From Octopus vulgaris (lineage: Eukaryota): a stretch of 64,000 nt of DNA. The DNA is taken from positions 34,844,001-34,908,000 of the forward strand of contig OX597831.1 in the NCBI GenBank assembly GCA_951406725.2. The letters are read 5' to 3'. Of the stretch, positions 1 through 12,689 are shown one piece after another (the stretch's first letter is position 1; each line of letters begins with the position of its first letter). The notes under the pieces were generated by a model. It ran no database searches and was not told the DNA's origin. It saw only the letters and a program-made list of their open reading frames with translations. The position numbers and the translations under genes were made by a program.

Positions 1-211
1 TTGCACTGCTTCTATGCTCAGAAATAGCCTAGTTCATAGCCAAAAATAAAAGTCATTTGACTGATTGGCATTGATTCACTTGCCAACATACAGGAACCCT
101 TTTTCTTGTGTCTTTTCTGTAGCTACCAGCTGGTTCTGTGCCCATCCTCCCAAAGGTTACTGTGCCTTTTTCCCCAAATTCCATACCAAAAGTCATGCCA
201 ATTATTCTTAC

Positions 212-270
212 CTACATCTGATTCTTTGGAGACTTTCCCATCTTTGGGTTTTCTTCCCTATCACAGATGT
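212..270 (-). other. Candidate small exon of an unidentified antisense transcript (59 nt)
   Basis: Minus strand gcaatttag|ACATCTG...CAGATGTAG|gtaaga: strong donor, modest acceptor. Phase 0 reads TSVIGKKTQRWESLQRIRC; phase 1 reads (D)ICDREENPKMGKSPKNQM*. Confidence 0.3.
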
Positions 271-961
271 CTAAATTGCATTTATTTCACCAGTCAAGAA
301 GCCCCTACAGAAATTATGGTAACATAAGCACCACATACAGGAATGTCATAGGATTTAGTAAATAGGGTCTTGTCAGGAAAGCTAAGGTTAAAGTTTATGA
401 ACAGTCTCTGAAAATCCTTGGCTTGTTAAAGTCTTTTGATGGCAGTGATGTCTGCTAAACCTATTAATATGGAGAGAGAAAAACAAAACTCTTCTCTTTG
501 TATTAATCCAGTGAGTTTGGATCATTTCCTTATCTTGCTTCACATGCATCTGGTTGTCAGGTGAGGCCTTTGTGAAAATTAAATGAATGTTTTTATTGCA
601 GTTTATGACAAGCTGTAATGTAAATAAGCCTGAAAGATAAGAACATCTGTTATTGGCCATAAAGCCACTTATTCGCTCATCCTTATTTTCAACCAGCGGG
701 AGTGGGCTACAGACCTTGCCCCACCCACCACAATAGATACTTCATGAACTCTTCAGTGAAATGTAAGAGATTAGGCCTTTGTTAGGTGTTGCTGGAAAAA
801 GGTAAAGGTGAAAAGAGGATATCATATGAAAGATGTGTGTGGATATTTCAAACTCCATCTAAAAAGGGACTTTCTCTGCTCCTGAACAAATCTATTATAA
901 TTTCCTTCAGTTGTCACAAAATGTATGATGATGTAAGATATTATTATTGGCATATTATTAA

Positions 962-1192
962 GGCGGCGAGCTGGCAGAAACGTTAGCACGCCGGGCGAAA
1001 TGCGTAGCCGTATTTCGTCTGCCGTTACGTTCTGAGTTCAAATTCCGCCGAGGTCGACTTTGCCTTTCATCCTTTCGGGGTCGATAAATTAAGTACCAGT
1101 TACGCGCTGGGGTCGATGTAATCGACTTAATACCTATGTCTGTCCTTGTTTGTCCCCACTATGTTTAGCCCCTTGTGGGTAATAATGAAATA
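962..1192 (+). mobile_element. tRNA-derived SINE, family A, well-preserved full-length copy
   Basis: Head ggcggcgagctggcagaa with A-box-like and gagttcaaattcc B-box-like motifs; central gtcgactttgcctttcatcctttcggggtcgataaattaagtaccag; more than 20 related copies in the window. Confidence 0.9.
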
Positions 1193-1203
1193 GATATTAT
1201 TCT

Positions 1204-2420
1204 TGGCAGTGACCTGGCAGAACTGTTACCATCATGGACAAAATGCTTGACAGAAAGAATTCTTCAATTTGTCTGTCTTCACATTCCTGAGTTTAAATGT
1301 CGCCAAAGCCAACATTGCCTTTCATCCTTTTGGAGTCAATAAAATAAATACCAGTTGAATACTAGGGCTGATGTAACCGACTTGCCCCCAACTCTAAAAC
1401 TGCAGGATTTATGCCTAAATTTGAAATCATTATTATTGTTGTTATTAAGGCGGCCACTTGGCAGAATCGTTGACATGCCAAGTGAAATGCTTAGTGGTAT
1501 TTTGTCTGCGTTACGTTGTGAGTTCAAATTCCGCCGAGGTCGACTTTGCCTTTCATCCTTTCGGGGTCGATAAATTAAGTACCAGTTACGCACTTGGGTC
1601 GATGTAATCGACTTAATACCTATGTCTGTCCTTGTTTGTCCCCTCTGTGTTTAGCCCCTTGTGGGTAATAAAGAAATAGGTATTTCGTCTGCCGCTACAT
1701 TCTGAGTTCCAGTTCCACTGAGGTTAGTTTTACCCTTCATCCTTTCGGGTTTGATTAAATAAGTACCAGTTACACACGGGTTGATGTAATCAATTAGCCC
1801 CCTTCCCCAAAAATTTTCATGGCCTTGTGTCTAGAGTAGAAATCATCATCATCATCGTTTAACGTCCACTTTCCATGCTAGCATGGGTTGGACGGTTCAA
1901 CTGGGGTCTGGGAAGCCCGAAGGCTGCACCAGGCCAGTCAGATATGGCAGTGTTTCTACAGCTGGATGCCCTTACTAACGCCAACCACTCCGAGAGTGTA
2001 GTGGGTGATTTTATGTGCCACCGACACATGATATAATAATAATAATTATTATTATTGTTATTATAATTTCTTCAATTATCACAAAACTTATGATGATGCA
2101 AGATATTATCATCATTATTATTATTATTATTGGCAGTGATCTGGTAGACTCATTAGCATGCCAGATAAAATGTTTAGCAGCATTTTGTCCGTCTACATTC
2201 TGAGTTCAAATGTCACCTTGGTCGACTTTGCCTTTCATCCTTTGGGGGTCAATGTAATCAACTTACCTACTTCCCTGAAACTGCTGGTCTTGTACCAAAA
2301 TTTGAAATCCTTGTGATTACTATTACTATTGGTTTGACAATGTCATTGGAGAAGACATCTTACAGTATATGTTCCTGATATTTACATTCTGGGTTCAAAT
2401 CTTAGTGCTGGTTAACTTTT
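1204..2420 (+). mobile_element. Cluster of further family A SINE copies (~1204-1425, 1449-1678, 1680-1840, 2131-2310) with a family C fragment (~1842-2028)
   Basis: Recurrent ttctgagttcaaat...gactttgcctttcatcctt cores separated by (TTA)n/(ATC)n tracts. Confidence 0.85.
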
Positions 2421-3120
2421 CTTTTCATCATTTCAATATCCACTTTTCCTTGTTCATATGAGTCAGATAGAACTTGTTGGGACAGATGCCTTTGCTGTCA
2501 CCAACCCTCACCTGTCTACAAGTAAAGTCATTTTCCCCTATGGCTGGGGACACTTTGGCACCGCTTGTATGATAATGACACTTCTTTACAACAATCACAT
2601 AATGTCAAGACATGGAAACATCAACTCATACATTTACACACACACAAAAATATGTATCATCATCATCATCGTTTAATGTCCACTTTCCATGCTGGCATGG
2701 GTTAGATGATTTGACTGAGGACTGGCGAACCAGATGGCTGCACCAGGCTCCAATTCGATGATGTATATCTACATTTATATATACAGAACAGGCTTCTTTC
2801 TTGTTTCCATCTACCAAATCCATACACAAGGTTTTGGTTGGTCTGTTGCTATAGTAGAAGACATAGAGTGGGACTGAAGCAAGAATAAATGATTGGGAAG
2901 CAAGCTTCTTAACTTCACGGCCATGCCTGTGGATCAATAAAATAAAGTATTATTCCAGTACTGCAGCCAATATGACTAACTGTTCCATTCCCAAAATTTG
3001 TAACCTTAGATCTAAAGATGAAAACATCATTACTATTATTAATGACAGTTCATAGCCTTTGACATTCTGAACACTGTTGTGTCAGCACCTCAGGATGCTC
3101 AGTATTTTTGATTTGTACCA

Positions 3121-3490
3121 GGGGCAGGAGTGGTTGTGTGGTAAGAAGCTTGCTTCCCAACTACGTAGTTCCAGGTTCAGTCCTATGGTGTGGCAACATG
3201 AGCAAGTGTCTTGTTCTGTAGCCTCAGGCTGACCAAAGCCTTGAGTGGATTTGGTGGAGGAAACTGAAAGGAACCTGTCATGTGTGTGTGTCTCTATTTG
3301 TCCCCACTACTGCTTGGCAACTGGTATTGGTATGTTTGCATCCTCCTAACTTAGCAGTTCGGTAAGAGAGACCTATAGAACATATACAAGCTTTAAAAAA
3401 AAAGTACTGCAGTCGATTTGTTCAACTAAAATTCTTCAAGGCGGTGCTTCAGCATGGCTGGGAGTTTAATAACGGAAACATGTGAAAGGT
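3121..3490 (+). mobile_element. tRNA-derived SINE, family B (CORE-like centre), degenerate copy
   Basis: ggcaggagtggttgtgtggtaagaagcttgcttcccaac...gcaagtgtctt...gagtggatttgg...ggcggtgcttcagcatgg; same family as 24811-25208. Confidence 0.85.
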
Positions 3491-3669
3491 AAAAAACAAG
3501 AGAAGCGTAAATAATGTGATTACAGAGGCTATCAACTCTGGACTATTCTACATAAAACTGACAATGAGTGAAAAAAAAAAGGGTTCTTCAGTGTTAAACC
3601 AAAGCATTGGTGCAATGAAACTGAAGTCTGCCAAATGAAAATGGCAATGCTATCGGTATTAGTGGAATT

Positions 3670-3987
3670 TTTGGCACCTGTGCTGGTGACACCTAAAAGG
3701 CACCCTTCAAATGTTGGGCATCACAGAGGCAACGGCAAGTGACCAAGACCCATCAAGACAAGTGAAATTGTAGCTGTGGCCTATGCTGGTGTCACATAAT
3801 TGGCACCCATGCCCATGGCATGTAAAAAGCACCCATTACACTCTTGGAGTGGTTGGCATTAAGAAGGGCATCTAGCCATAGAAACCATGCCAAATCAGAT
3901 TGGAACTTGGTGCAGCTTACCAGTTTCAGTCAAACCATCTGACCCATGCCAGCATGGGAAGCGGATGTTAAATGATGATGATGATGG
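3670..3987 (+). mobile_element. SINE-like family C with (GAT)n tail
   Basis: gagtggttggcattaagaagggcatctagcc...cccatgccagcatgg...gatgttaaatgatgatgat; more than 12 copies in the window. Confidence 0.8.
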
Positions 3988-4227
3988 TGAATTACACCTT
4001 CCTCTTTGTGAGAAGAGTAGTCTTGAGCATATGTTGCATGAGCTTCTTAGCCATTAGTCTTGTATCCTGTCGATGCATGTTTGGCCTGGAAAGATCTCTT
4101 CAATTTCTTTACATTTTGAATTGCAGGTGAAAGTAATGAAATCAATTATGGGCCAGCAAAGTGATGAACATATTGTAAACAGGTGAAAGAGAGCTTGACT
4201 TTGATGCAGGTGTTGACTGAATTGTGA

Positions 4228-4530
4228 AGGCATGTGTCTTAGTGGTTAAGGTATTCAGCTCACGATGGTGAAGTTGTGAGTTTGATACCCAGTGGTGCAG
4301 TATGTTCTTGAGCATGACACTTTATTTCACATTGCCCCAGTCCACTCAGCTGGCAAAAATGAGTAGCGCCTGTATTTCAAAAGGCCAGCCTTGTCACATT
4401 CTGTGTCACGCTGAATCTCCCAGAGAGCTACATGAAAGGTACCCATGTCTGTAGAGTGCTCATCCACTTCCACATTAATTTTATGTCCAAGCTATTCTGT
4501 TGATCAGATCAACTGGAACTCTTGCCATTG
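4228..4530 (+). mobile_element. tRNA-derived SINE, family D
   Basis: ggcatgtgtcttagtggttaagg head, ttcttgagcatgacactttatttcacattg...ccagtccactcagctggc centre; homologous to 21978-22296 and 60851-61175. Confidence 0.8.
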
Positions 4531-4651
4531 TGTGTGTGTATGTGTGTATATATAAGATTAAGTTTAGTCACCAAGTCAGTCTGGTATTATCTGCACAGCT
4601 CGAAGTAAGGTGAATGAAAATCAAATAAAGAACAGGATGTGATGGTATTAA

Positions 4652-5315
4652 TGCAATATGACCGTTTCAGGTAGCTCCATTTAATTGAACAATGCAAGCA
4701 TTACATTTTTAAGTACAGGACCATCTTCAGTTGCAAAAATATGGATTTCATAGTGTAGGTCCCTTTAACTGAAAATAATGGAAAGAGTTTATGTCACCCC
4801 TACTCTACCTCTTTTTCTGGGCATTTACTATTATCTAATTGACTCCTTCTAAGATTTGTTTCTCTATGTGATAAGGGGAACTTATAGCCATAAGAAATTA
4901 AGATTCAAGAGAACATCTAATAATATTTATTTATGACCAGCAGCTAGTTCTGAACTGTCAACTCCTAGTATTTTTAATTCTCAATAAACGCAATCTGCTA
5001 GCTGCATTAGATCTTTTGATGGTGATAAGGAGATAGATAAAAAAAATTAGAAATGAACTACAATTCCATGACCCCCACTGTGAACTATTGAACTATTCCG
5101 GCCGCTCCAAAATTGTAATTGCTTTTCTTTTAGTTTATTTCTATCACAATAGTTGCAGCATGGAATTATTTTGTTCTCTAGCTCTGATAAAATGTTTGCG
5201 AAAAATTATATTAGTATATCTTTTCTGTTGAAAATCCATATTTTTGCAACTGAAGGTGGCGCCGTATTTTAAATTGTTGTAATGCTTGCATTGCATTGTT
5301 TGATTAAATGCAGCT
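4652..5315. mobile_element. Element with ~80-bp inverted repeats; left arm carries a degenerate hammerhead-like motif; probable Penelope-like relic
   Basis: ~4672-4749 is the reverse complement of ~5230-5315. Minus strand of the left arm reads ugcaa-CUGAAGA-uggu...accu-GAAA-cggucaua-uugca. Confidence 0.55.
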
Positions 5316-5372
5316 GTTACTTATTTGGTGTGTATATATATATATATATACACGCACACACATACATACATA

Positions 5373-6440
5373 CAGGGTGTGATGGGTAAATTGTCACCAT
5401 TTTAATTTTGTGCATTGTTTGTTTTTGATTTTGTCGACTACACAGTGTAGTAGAGTCAGTTGGGCACTGTCTGTGAGAAAAACAGCAATGTGATGCGATT
5501 CACTCTGCCAGATATTTGGAAACAATATGCTGTACTGCTTGGCATTCATGCTGGAAGCTCCAGTATGAATATTTCAGAGTATTTGAGTGTCAATCTGAGG
5601 ACAGTGCAGAGTATTCAGAAAGAGTTGGATGAGTCTAATGGTGATTATGAAGGTATGGCAACTCAGAAAACTCACTCTAATCGTTCTTATAAGAAAAATC
5701 TCCTGAATTTGTTGGTGAGATCCAGGTCATGATTGACAACGATCCCTCCAAGTCAATCAGGGACATGAAAGTGTGTGAGTTTCTTATTAGTCAGGTAGTG
5801 CATGATGACATTTGGTATTCCTCATACAAGATCAGAAGGGGCCAATTTTTATCTGAAGCCATCAAGGACAAGAGGAAAGACTGCTACAAAGCTTTTGAAC
5901 AAACTCCAACATCCCCTCCAACCGAACATGCTTTGATTTTTCTCAGATGAGAAAAATTTCTGCCATGATCAGATGGTGAACACACAGAACAACCATTGGT
6001 TTTCTGTGTCCCCAAAACATGTACAGAGAGTGATAAAAATCAAAACATGCAGTCAACATCATGGTGTTTGGAGTGATCACTAGCAATGGCAACGTTATAT
6101 TTCTATTCATCTTCCCACATGCTCTCAGACTCAGCACAGAAGCCTACATCAAGTGCCTGGAGGAGGTAGTGCTGCCCTGGGTGAAGAGGGTGGCTGCTGG
6201 AAGACCCTATGTCTGGCAACAGGATTCTGCACCATAACACACAAGCAGGAGAACCCAGTCATGTCTGTCAGACAATTTCTGCAACCACATCACCCCTAAC
6301 ATCTGGCCACCTAACTCTCCAGACTGCAACCCCCTTGATTATTATGTGTTGGGCACAGTTGAGCGAGAGACCAACAGAGCTTCTGGTAACACCAAAGATG
6401 AACTGAAGACAAGGATTATGGCATCATTCACCAACTTAAA
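5373..6440 (+). mobile_element. Tc1/mariner superfamily DD37D (maT-like) transposon relic, 3'-truncated, pseudogenised transposase
   Basis: TA|CAGGGTGTGATGGGTAAATTGTCACC left end; fragments FFSDEKNF, IMVFGVITSNG, YVWQQDSAP*HTSRRTQ, IWPPNSPDCNPLDYY; 37 residues between the second and third Asp; stop at 6235-6237 plus frameshifts. Confidence 0.92.
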
Positions 6441-6529
6441 CATATATATACATATATTTGTGCGTGTGTATGTTTGTAGATAGATATAGAGGCATGCATT
6501 TGCATATACTCAATGTTAACATTTCATTA

Positions 6530-7360
6530 CACCAAGCCTGGACTTGCAGATGAGTCTTCTCTTGCACAACTTGTCACCAATCTACACAGCCCTTTCTTAT
6601 CTCCTCCTTGAGATGTAATATCTTCAAATCTGTCTTCACTCCTTCATCCCAGATCTTCCTCAACCTCTTTCAGTTCTACAGATTCCATTCACTTTGAACC
6701 CACAGTATTACTTTATACAGCTATCCTCCATCACAAATATCATATGACCTTACGCTTCATACACAAGCATCCTACAATCTATTCTTCACACTGAGGGGAA
6801 AAGTCCAGTGGTAATAACTCCCTGAACATTTTGCAACCAGTTCTTATTGCTATGTTTTCAGAACATTCACCCCTCCTACTAATTAGGTCCCCCAGGTAAC
6901 AGAAGCTCTCAAATACGTCTGGGGATTTGTCTGGGTATTAGATGAAGTCTGTTTTCTCATACATTCTTAGTACTGCTGGTGCCTCTGCACCTGTCACATG
7001 AGAAGTCTACCGTCTACCAACTCTGTTAACTTTCCTGTGATTTCACTTCACGTTTGTTACTCCCTAACCTATCTTCTTTATTCTTGTAGCAGTACCAATA
7101 ATGATGTACACCAGTCATTGGGTATGACCTCCCTCCCCCCTCACCATTTGTGCTACATGCTTCACTATGTTGGTGATTTGTCCATGTTCTACGTCACCTG
7201 ATATTTTTAGCATCTTGGCAGTAATTCCTGATGGACCAGGTGCCTTCCTGTCCTTAATTGCTCTATCTTCCATACTGCTATCAACTTGAATAGTTGGTCC
7301 CTCTGTTGGAGTTTTTTTTCTTTTTCCTATGCATTCTCCTTCTTCAACAACTGCTTGTTA
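6530..7360 (-). mobile_element. Decayed RTE-clade LINE ORF fragments
   Basis: Minus-strand peptides RKAPGPSGITAKMLK and FESFCYLGDLISRRGECSE...FRELLPL. Confidence 0.7.
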
Positions 7361-8299
7361 GAACATTTCAGTGCCTTTTCCCCCGACCTTTATTTTCAAT
7401 GTGTGTAAGAGGAAGAGTACTATTATAATGCAATATAAATGTCTCCCCAATGTCAGGACATACTGAGGTAGCATTCCATGGCCAGATGCCCTTCCAAATA
7501 AAGAATTTTGTTCTGTGCCCTCATTTGTCAAACCACTGCCAGACAGTCTGTTTATAGGACATATGAACAGTGTCACTGTCTAAGCAGTATCAATGTGGAT
7601 ACACACATGCACACACATACATTACAAGCTTCTGTACAGTTTCCATCAAATTTCACTCATAAGGCATTGGTCCATCCTATAGAAGACATTTCACTCTCAC
7701 ATTGCCCAGCAATCTGAAATAACTCGAGACTCTCGCCCTCATTATCATTTTAATGTCCTCTTTTCTATGCTTGCATGAGTAGGACAGAGTCTATAAAGGC
7801 AGATTTTCTTCATCCAGATCCCCTTCCTGTCACCAACCCTCCTCTTTTTCCAAGTAAATTAATAATATTTCCTCATGGCTAGACATATTTTCACAGGATA
7901 CTAGAAATGAATGGCACTGCTTGTATGATAGTGACACTCATTTACAACTATTTGTTAATGTCATGACAAAGAAGTACAAACATACTTTCATAACAAACAC
8001 ACACATTTTTATATACACACATATATATCACTGTGTGTATACAACAAGCTTCTTTCAGTTTCCATCTGCCAATTTCACTTACAGGGCTTTGGTCAGCTTG
8101 GGTACAAGACACTTGGGACTGAACTGGAAACCAAACTTCTTATCTGTCCAGTCAAGCCAGCACCTATATTCTTGGTTGTGAATACTAATCCCATCCCTCG
8201 GGACAGCCAACTGTCTATCCTTCTTCTAGTGAATACAAAATCTCTCTGTCTTCTGTGTTCACTTAACTGGTCGATGATCAGCCAACTGGCCGGTTTGCA

Positions 8300-8791
8300 A
8301 GATTTCCAGTTATGAACTCATTTGCGTACAGCCAATCAGAGCTCAACTATCAAACTAATTTATGAGCGCATAACAAGTGATTGGCGATCAGATATGGTCA
8401 CTTGGGTAATAAATGACCATGCTTCTTTTCTCTTTTAATAATACTTCTTGATTTTGTTCCAACCATGGCTGCCTCTGCGTAGTTATTTGTGTTGTCGTTT
8501 ACTTTCTAAAACAGTAAGGAGAGAGGGTTGCTAGCTCATCACCTTTTACCCACATTTTTCCCATCCGCATCTTTACCATATGGGGCCCTAACAAAATCCG
8601 ATAATAGTTATTGATGAAAATCTATCTAATTACTTGTCTCCTTCTAAAATCAGGCATAACTTGGCAATCCGTCGACTTTCAACACTGTTCTTCGTTTTGA
8701 GTTTACTTGGTAGAGTGTGCTTGTTAACTTGACAACAAAGTCAAGGTGAGCTCTGATTGACAGTATGCAAATGAGTTCATTACTGGAGTCT
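8300..8791. mobile_element. MITE-like non-autonomous DNA element with ~45-bp imperfect terminal inverted repeats
   Basis: 8300-8345 agatttccagttatgaactcatttgcgtacagccaatcagagctca versus reverse complement of 8747-8791 agactccagtaatgaactcatttgcatactgtcaatcagagctca. Confidence 0.75.
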
Positions 8792-9277
8792 AGAATTCTT
8801 GTGGGGGAAAAACTTTCGAGGCCAGTTTCTTAAAATTAGTGTTGCAAATGGCAAGGTCATTCACATAACAGCACTCCACAATTTGAACCTTCAACCTTAT
8901 GATCATAGCTAACATAACTAACTACTGAGCCAATATCTTTCACATAGCTGAAATTATATTCTAAACAAAAGTGCAAAGTATAGGTCATGGAAAGGCTAAG
9001 TTCAATGCCACATTAAGCTGCCTCACAGATGGAATCAAATTAAAACTAATGTTTCTTTTCTAATGAAAAGAAACAATGCTAAATATAAAGTTACCTCCAT
9101 GTGTTTTTGTTCATGTTCATAAGAAAGGGTGGATGAATAAAGCTAAAGAATTGGAAATGCATGGAATAGGTACTCGGGTGATTTATGAATGGTAAAATAA
9201 ACCTTAGGTGGTTTGGAATATGTTCAGATCCCACTTAACAAATGATATCAAGAAGAATCTGTATTAAAACTATACTC

Positions 9278-9600
9278 GTCATCATCATCACCATCATTTA
9301 ATGTCCATTGTTCATGCTGGCCTGGGTTGGATGGTTTGACCAGAACTGGTAAGCTGAGGGGCTGCACCAGGTTCCAGTCTGATTTGGCATGGTTTCTACA
9401 GCTCGATGCCCTTCTTAACATCAACTAGCACCAAGAGTGTAATGGGTGCTTTTACATGCCACCAGCACAGGTGCCAGTTGCTTGACACCAGTATCTGCCA
9501 TGACTACGATTTCACTTGGCTTGACGGGTCTTCTACTCAAGCACAGCATACTGCCAAAGGTCTTGGTCATTTGTCATTGCCTCTGTGAGGCCCAATGCTA
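9278..9600 (-). mobile_element. SINE-like family C copy
   Basis: Begins with (CAT)n and ttaatgtcc...catgctggc, continues gatgcccttcttaac...; reverse orientation of 3670-3987. Confidence 0.8.
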
Positions 9601-9984
9601 TAACTTCAATGGAATCAACACCTATGCATTAACCTCTAAATGTAAGTCTATATCTTTTTAAAAATAATGTTTGGTGTAGAATCAATGGATGTTTAATGGG
9701 GAACAGTCATTCATAGAGGGTAATAATGTGCGTGCTCCACTACTAAATCTTTTCATCATCATCATTGTTTTAACATCCACTTTTTTCTGTGCCTGCATGG
9801 AATTTGTTGAGGCAAATTTTCTACAATTTGATGCCCCTCCTGTTGCCAACCCTACCCTGTTTCCAAGCAAGATAGCATTTCCCCCATGGCCAGATGTATT
9901 TACATAGAATGTTGTTGTTGTTATTTGTTCCTTCTCAAGCCATGCCCAGCTCATAAGGGCTGGTTTCATTGACGTATAGGTTTT

Positions 9985-10353
9985 TATTAGCTCCACCTTA
10001 GCGAAGGCAGAGGTATTGTCTTCAGTCACATTTATTTGTTTGTTTGTCCATGGACAAGATATCTCAAGAACTACTGGATGGATTTGGGTGAAACTTTTAG
10101 GGATGTTTGGCCTCATGACTGGCACAAACTGATTAGATTTTGGAATCGATCTGGTACCAGACAAAGATTCTGGATTGTTTTTCTGTTTTTTTTACTTCAT
10201 TTTTTCGAGTGGTTGGGTTCATTTTTAGTATTTTCATTTGTGAGAGCATTTGAGTTTATTTCTAGATATTTTCATTTTAAAAATCATCTCTGGCTAATTG
10301 TTGAGAAGACATTGGTGTTGCCATGGCAAAGGTTTGCACTCTCTGAGTGCTCT
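9985..10353 (+). mobile_element. Helentron-associated (HINE/DINE-1-like) non-autonomous element
   Basis: T-rich flank, 5' ttattagctccaccttagcgaaggcagagg, (GTTT)n tract, 3' ccatggcaaagg subterminal repeat then a gcactc-tct-gagtgc hairpin (10336-10350). Confidence 0.7.
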
Positions 10354-10368
10354 TATTATTATCATTTA

Positions 10369-11265
10369 GGTGGCAAGATGGCAGAATTGTTAGCACGTTG
10401 GGCAAAATGCTTAGTGACATTTCATCTGTCTTTACATTCTGAGTTCTAATTCTGCCATGGTCGACTTTGCTTTTCATCTTTTCAGAGTCAATAAAAAAAT
10501 ACCTGTTATAAACTGGGGCCAGTGTAATCAATTAGCTCCTACACCTCCAAAATTTCAGGCTTTGTGGCTATAACAGAAAGGATTATTATTATTATTGAGT
10601 GAGAGAGCAGTGCATGCCATCAAAGTGACACTCGGGTAAAATATACGAAGCCCAGTATACCCATCATGACTACCCGTCTGATAAGGGTACACTAGGCACA
10701 TACATCACAACCATGTGCGTGACATGGTGATCTCCTATCAAGATAAACAGCACATGACCTTACAGGTGGGGCCCAGTTAGAATTTTCTTCTGATCGAGTA
10801 ACCCATCCCGCTCAAAAGGTCACTGAATAAGGATTGTTTAAGGATATTATTATCAGGTGATGGTGGCAATGTTTGTAGTGGATTGACAGACTCATTATAG
10901 TATCAGGAAAAGTGTCTTAGAGCATTTGTTCCAAGTCTTAACATTCTGAGATCAAATCTCATTAACATCAGTTTTGTCTTTCATCACAGTGAGGTTAATA
11001 AAATAAAGTTCCAGTCAAGAACTGGAATTAATGTAATTGACTGATATCATCTCCTCAGAATTGCTGGTTTTTGTGCTAAAATTTGAAGCCACCATCATTA
11101 GTACACTTGCCTGCCTCTGCATTCTGAGTTCAAATGCCACAGAAGTGGACTTTGTCTTTCATTCACTCAGGGTCAATGAAACCGGTACCAGTGAAGTACT
11201 GGGTTTATGTAATCAACTAGTCCCTGCCACCAAAATTTCAGGCCTTGTACCCATAGTAAAAAGGA
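10369..11265 (+). mobile_element. Cluster of family A SINE copies, with an inverted family E fragment at ~10585-10845
   Basis: Three ttctgag(t/a)tc(a/t)aat cores; ~10596-10845 is the reverse complement of ~13016-13270. Confidence 0.8.
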
Positions 11266-12689
11266 TTATTATTATTATCATCATTATCAATATTTTATTT
11301 TTTTGTTATAACATGGCTAATACATTTGTTAAATATATGAAGTTCATCAAACTGAAACTTCGATTAGAAATAACTTGCTTGAATTTCACAATAAATAGTT
11401 CAGAGTGATTGATAGAAGCTCTTCTCCATTTGTTTGCCCCTCATCAGTAAAGATTTACAAGTCTATAAGGCAACACCTACATTTTCAGGCATTGTTTTAC
11501 ACTTAAAAACCTCAACTTGTAACCTGCAATTTTTGGTGTGTGCATGTGAGTGTTTGTTTGTGTGTGCGTGTTTTTTTTTATGCATGCATGCTCTCATACA
11601 TGCGCATTCATTACACAAACATTCACTCTTTATTTTAGCCAGAGCAAAGCGATCCAGCTAAATCATAAACCTGCCCTGAATATTAAAATTGGCATTCATC
11701 TTTCATATTGCATGAGGTCATTTGGAAGCCACACAAACATCATCATTATCATCATCATTCTTATATATGCTTTTCCATGCTTGCATGTATCAGACAAATC
11801 CTCAAACACTGCGTCCTGCCATTTGTTGCATTCTTCAATCACCTCTTTAGTAAAGTTCAGCTCCTTGATCCTGGCACTGACACCTAGCATGCAATGTCAA
11901 GACAAGAAGATGCACACACACACACACACTTCTTTTTTTAATTTTTTTTGTGTTTTTTCTTTATTTATTTTTTTGTATTCTTCCACCTTGCTAATTCAGC
12001 CAACCACCACCTATTAATAATTCAATCCTTTAAGGCCTATATTCACTACCCTTGTTTCATGACCAACCATAAGCAATACATCCTTCTCATATTCATTGTG
12101 ACCTTCATGTAGAGAAAGAATGTTTGTTAACAAGAAGGCTGGCCGTTTCTGTTGATATCTCCTACATAAAATATACAAATTCCTAAATACTTTCTCTTTC
12201 TTCATCAATTTTATTTTTATTACTACTACTACTACTACTATTGTTGTTGTTTCCCATTTCTAACTTCCTCTTTTGTGATTGGATTGAAAACAAATTGAGC
12301 TGCTGTTAATCACATTTGTTGTTCAAGTTGTTAATATGTTATTAGGAAGACTGAACAATCATTGCTGTGTATTGCTTGAGCTGTTTACAAGAATTTTTCT
12401 TCACAAAAGATCGTTTATTCCCAACACCAGTGAGGAAAGGCCAAGGAGTCAGTTGACTCTCTTACTTTAAAATAGACATTTTTGTTAATTAGTGTGTTAA
12501 ACACCAACAATAATTTGTAGTGTTGCCAATCAATATTAAACTTACTAAGTATGGTGGATTGTCAAAAATGATAAGAACTTTACAGTGCTTTGTTTTGTTG
12601 TGGCACGGTGTTCTGAGTTCAAATCCTACTAAGGACAGCTTTTGCCTACTACTACTACTACTGATAATGATGATGAGGAGGAGGAGGAA

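Noticed and set aside
962-1050. tRNA gene
   Set aside because: The A/B-box-like motifs belong to the SINE head; no convincing cloverleaf, and it continues into the SINE body. The same applies to the other SINE heads.
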